From positions 1 through 9,935 of the forward strand of contig JAQGDQ010002522.1 in NCBI GenBank assembly GCA_030141605.1: a stretch of 9,935 nt of DNA, read 5' to 3'. The position numbers and the translations under genes were made by a program. The DNA comes from Tubiluchus corallicola (Eukaryota; Animalia; Priapulida). Below, one piece after another: positions 6,654 to 9,935 of the stretch (positions within the stretch are counted from its first letter, which is position 1; each line of letters starts with the position of its first letter). The notes under the pieces were generated by a model. That model saw nothing but the letters and a program-made list of their open reading frames with translations, was not told the origin of the DNA and searched no databases.

Positions 6654-8108
6654 ATGAATCCTTTTAAAACATCAATATTATTCTTATCTATAATAATTGT
6701 AACGGCAATACTCATAGTTCTGTTCCCTAGAAAACCATCACATTCTAGCTTTATACAAAATATAGTACCTGTTTTCAAACAAACACCTAAGCTATCCTTA
6801 GACACTTTGATGCATCTTCTAACAGATGAATCAGACAGAACAAATAAAAACATCAAAGAAATAACTTCTCCAAAAAAAAATGAAACTAAAACAAGCTCCA
6901 AACAACACTCACAAAAAATAAATCCCAGCTTTACTCCATTAGAATTCCCCCCCCCAAAAAAATTCCTTCTAAATAATTTGTTCCAAGCATTACAAAATCT
7001 TAAACACAATAATCAAAAAATAAGAATCCTACATTTTGGAGATTCTCAAATAGAGGGTGATAGGATAACCGAATACCTAAGATACTTATTTCAAAGTCAG
7101 TTTGGAGGAAATGGAATAGGGCTTGTTCCTTTCGAACTATATTGCCGCTCTATATCCATAAACATCAACAATTCCGATAACTGGAAACAATATGTTAATT
7201 TTGGACAAACCACCCAATACATTGCTGGTTTTAACTATGGGCTACTTGGGACAATGTCAAACTTTCAAAACAATAACCCATTCAATCAAATAAGAGAAAC
7301 AGACGCTTGGCTAAAACTTAATTGTTCTTCTCTTATTCATAAAAATGCTCGAAAATACAACCAAATTAAAATATATTACGATTCGCCCAACGCAGGCTTT
7401 AAAATAAAACTATACACTAAAAATCACCTACTTCTCAACGACTACATACCCCCTAACGAACAATTATCCATCCTTACTTGGAGATTCTCTGATACACCAG
7501 AAGACTTATTATTTCGGATAACAAGTATGCAAAGTCCTAACTTTTATGCTATTGCACTTGACGGAACAAAAGGCGTACAAGTAGATAATATACCTCTTAG
7601 AGGAGCGTGGGGACCTAACTTACATCTCAATAACAAAGAGCTTATAACAGGAATGATAAAAGACCTTAAACCCAAACTCATTATATTTCAATTTGGCATC
7701 AACATAGTTCCCAACATTACTAATAACTATAATTACTACGAAAAAAGATTGATACAACAAATTAATATTTTAAAGAATATAGACCCTAACATCAACATCA
7801 TAATAATGAGCGTAGGCGACATAGCTCGCAACCAGAACGGGCAATACACTTCTTACCCCAACATAGAAAAAATAGTACAAGCACAGAAAAATGCAGCACA
7901 TAAAACCAACTCCATATTTTGGAACACCTACAAAGCAATGGGAGGCAAAAATTCAATTCAAAAATGGGTGCATTCTCAACCTTCGCTTGCACAAAAGGAC
8001 TATATACATTTTAACTACAAAGGAGGAGAAATCATTGCAAACCTACTTTACGAAGCCATAATCCAACAATACGAGCAATATAAGACGACTATATCCACAC
8101 AACCTTAA
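6654..8108 (+). CDS. Membrane-anchored SGNH/GDSL-family protein, likely periplasmic O-acetyltransferase/esterase partner of the MBOAT (PatB/Ape/AlgJ-like role)
   Basis: 484 aa with an N-terminal TM and a K/T/S-rich linker. Block I ILHFGDSQIEGD; block II region PLRGAWG; block III QFGIN; block V DYIH (DxxH). Ends 15 nt before the MBOAT gene. Confidence 0.85.
   Translation: MNPFKTSILFLSIIIVTAILIVLFPRKPSHSSFIQNIVPVFKQTPKLSLDTLMHLLTDESDRTNKNIKEITSPKKNETKTSSKQHSQKINPSFTPLEFPPPKKFLLNNLFQALQNLKHNNQKIRILHFGDSQIEGDRITEYLRYLFQSQFGGNGIGLVPFELYCRSISININNSDNWKQYVNFGQTTQYIAGFNYGLLGTMSNFQNNNPFNQIRETDAWLKLNCSSLIHKNARKYNQIKIYYDSPNAGFKIKLYTKNHLLLNDYIPPNEQLSILTWRFSDTPEDLLFRITSMQSPNFYAIALDGTKGVQVDNIPLRGAWGPNLHLNNKELITGMIKDLKPKLIIFQFGINIVPNITNNYNYYEKRLIQQINILKNIDPNINIIIMSVGDIARNQNGQYTSYPNIEKIVQAQKNAAHKTNSIFWNTYKAMGGKNSIQKWVHSQPSLAQKDYIHFNYKGGEIIANLLYEAIIQQYEQYKTTISTQP
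6947..6962 (+). repeat. C9 homopolymer followed directly by A7 inside the SGNH gene
   Basis: C at 6947-6955 and A at 6956-6962, encoding part of FPPPKK. An A9 run also lies at 6872-6880. Both precede the catalytic GDS motif. Confidence 0.9.
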
Positions 8109-8123
8109 AAAAACAATACCATA

Positions 8124-9644
8124 ATGGTAATAGAACATTTAAAGCAAATCTTCTTATACAACCCTGAAAAGCCACTGCTATTTACACAGCTTACCTTTTG
8201 GATATTCTTCTGTATTACCACCCTTATATACTCCATATTGTACAAAAAGAACCACCTGAGAAATGCATACTTGCTTGTTATATCACTATTATTTTACTAT
8301 AAAACAGGAGGTATTTTATTTCTTCTCATACTTTTTTCTACCCTTATAGACTACACCATAGGCTTACTCATATACCTCACACATACTAAGTGGAAACGAA
8401 AAATATACCTCACACTTAGTATTATTATCAACCTACTTGTATTATCCTACTTTAAATATACTGACTTCTTTATCCACTGGCTCAACCACTTTACAAATTT
8501 GCAAATAGAAAGCCAAGACTACCTTGCCATATTTAGCAACAAGTTCCTATACACTACCCTCGACATTGAAAACATCATATTACCAGTAGGTATTTCCTTC
8601 TACACATTCCAAACAATGAGCTACACTATAGACCTATACAGAGGAAAAATAAAACCCGTAACGAACCTTATAGATTTTGCCTTTTACGTTAGTTTTTTTC
8701 CACAACTCGTTGCAGGGCCAATAGTAAGGGCTGCCTCATTTGTTCCACAACTCTACAAAAAATACAAGCTTACCGCAGAAGAAGCTAGCTATGCCCTATT
8801 GCTTATCATCAACGGACTTATCAAAAAAATACTTATCTCCGACTTTATAGCTATCAACTTTATAGACCCCACCTTTGCTGACCCCCTTTCCTACACAGGA
8901 TTTCAAAACCTCTCAGCTATCTACGCCTATTCAATACAAATATACTGCGACTTCTCTGGTTACACCGACATAGCACTTGGCACAGCACTACTACTCGGAT
9001 TTAACCTACCCCTCAACTTCAATTCACCCTACAAAGCCATAGGATTAAAAGACTTTTGGAAACGATGGCACATTTCACTCTCTACTTGGCTTAGAGATTA
9101 CTTATATATCCCACTTGGAGGCAATAAAAAAGGACGCATTAGAACCTACATCAACCTTATCATTGTAATGTTACTTGGAGGACTATGGCACGGAGCTAGC
9201 ATACGTTTTGTCATATGGGGAGCTATACACGGCATTGGACTTGCCCTAACCAACCTATGGATCAGCATACTACCAAACAACATAGCCCAAGACAAAACTT
9301 ACAAAACCCTTTCGTGGATAACCACCTTTCACTTCGTAACCTTTGCTTGGTTACCATTCAGAGCCGAAAATATAGAAACCGTAAAACAAATGCTACACCA
9401 GATAATTTATAATTTCAATATCATCAAAACCTTACAAACCCTTACCACCTACTACCCTACCTATATAGCCATAGCCATAGCCTACTTCGTACACTGGCTG
9501 CCCACACCTTTAAAAGAATCCATCAAATTTCATTTTATCATCCTCCCCACCCTACTCAAGATACTTTTATGCGCTACCCTTGCATTTATCATATACCATA
9601 GCCAGTCCTTAGAATTCCAACCATTCATTTACTTTCAATTCTAA
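8124..9644 (+). CDS. MBOAT-family O-acyltransferase (AlgI/PatA/DltB-like)
   Basis: 506 aa, multi-TM. Motifs: LPVGISFYTFQTMSY; FFPQLVAGPIVRA; QIYCDFSGYTDIA; NFNSPY; FWKRWHISLSTWLRDYLYIPLGG; GLWHGA (catalytic His); C-terminal PFIYFQF. Confidence 0.95.
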   Translation: MVIEHLKQIFLYNPEKPLLFTQLTFWIFFCITTLIYSILYKKNHLRNAYLLVISLLFYYKTGGILFLLILFSTLIDYTIGLLIYLTHTKWKRKIYLTLSIIINLLVLSYFKYTDFFIHWLNHFTNLQIESQDYLAIFSNKFLYTTLDIENIILPVGISFYTFQTMSYTIDLYRGKIKPVTNLIDFAFYVSFFPQLVAGPIVRAASFVPQLYKKYKLTAEEASYALLLIINGLIKKILISDFIAINFIDPTFADPLSYTGFQNLSAIYAYSIQIYCDFSGYTDIALGTALLLGFNLPLNFNSPYKAIGLKDFWKRWHISLSTWLRDYLYIPLGGNKKGRIRTYINLIIVMLLGGLWHGASIRFVIWGAIHGIGLALTNLWISILPNNIAQDKTYKTLSWITTFHFVTFAWLPFRAENIETVKQMLHQIIYNFNIIKTLQTLTTYYPTYIAIAIAYFVHWLPTPLKESIKFHFIILPTLLKILLCATLAFIIYHSQSLEFQPFIYFQF

Positions 9645-9935
9645 CTCGCCAGATTTAAACCATAGATTTTAGCTATAAAATACAACCAATGTATAGTTTC
9701 TTTTAGATAGGGAAAAGACAACCTACTATCAATTGGTAGGAAATAGCATACAATATTACTGTCAGAAATACCTGCTTTCGCAGCTATGACATACTGCTTA
9801 CCATCAGCCCCTAATACATTACCGAAAAACACCTAACAGGGAAACAAAACAAGACCCTCCTATCAAACCTGCCACATACCTTTAAAATGAAATGATCCAC
9901 AACCTTTATAGAGAACTTAGCTTTTTTTACAATTA

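Noticed and set aside
4657-7992. Minus-strand ORFs 4657-4956, 5735-6076, 6542-7009 and 7798-7992
   Set aside because: Mostly or wholly antisense to mltD or the SGNH gene, with no family motifs.
9215-9412. 65-aa + strand alternative-frame ORF inside the MBOAT
   Set aside because: Nested out of frame in a conserved gene; the C/A-rich strand is depleted in stop codons, so such frames are expected.
9722-9740. Hairpin CCTACTA-TCAAT-TGGTAGG as MBOAT terminator
   Set aside because: Only 7 bp including a G-U pair, with no U-tract on the + strand.

Overview
AT-rich (roughly 30% GC by eye) chromosomal DNA from a Bacteroidota bacterium, inferred from TAnnTTTG -7 promoter boxes, A-rich starts without Shine-Dalgarno motifs, and the parA-parB-DUF5683-lytic transglycosylase gene order. 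Seven intact genes lie on the + strand in three blocks: (1) sppA; (2) parA, parB, a DUF5683 protein and an MltD-like SLT/LysM lytic transglycosylase, closed by a perfect 22-bp inverted repeat; (3) an SGNH/GDSL protein plus an AlgI/PatA-type MBOAT O-acyltransferase ending in the FIYFQF tyrosine motif. I saw no RNA genes, CRISPR array, mobile element, canonical parS or clear dif site. The gene content is mostly known housekeeping and envelope biology, so I cannot claim a new system. The most striking unexplained signal is a steep strand-composition reversal (G>C at left, C>>G at right). Hand-counted TAC use among Tyr codons rises from 3/23 in sppA to 30/37 in the MBOAT although all genes are co-oriented. 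Also notable are a C9 tract that could phase-vary the O-acylation module beside the lytic transglycosylase, and several candidate operators.
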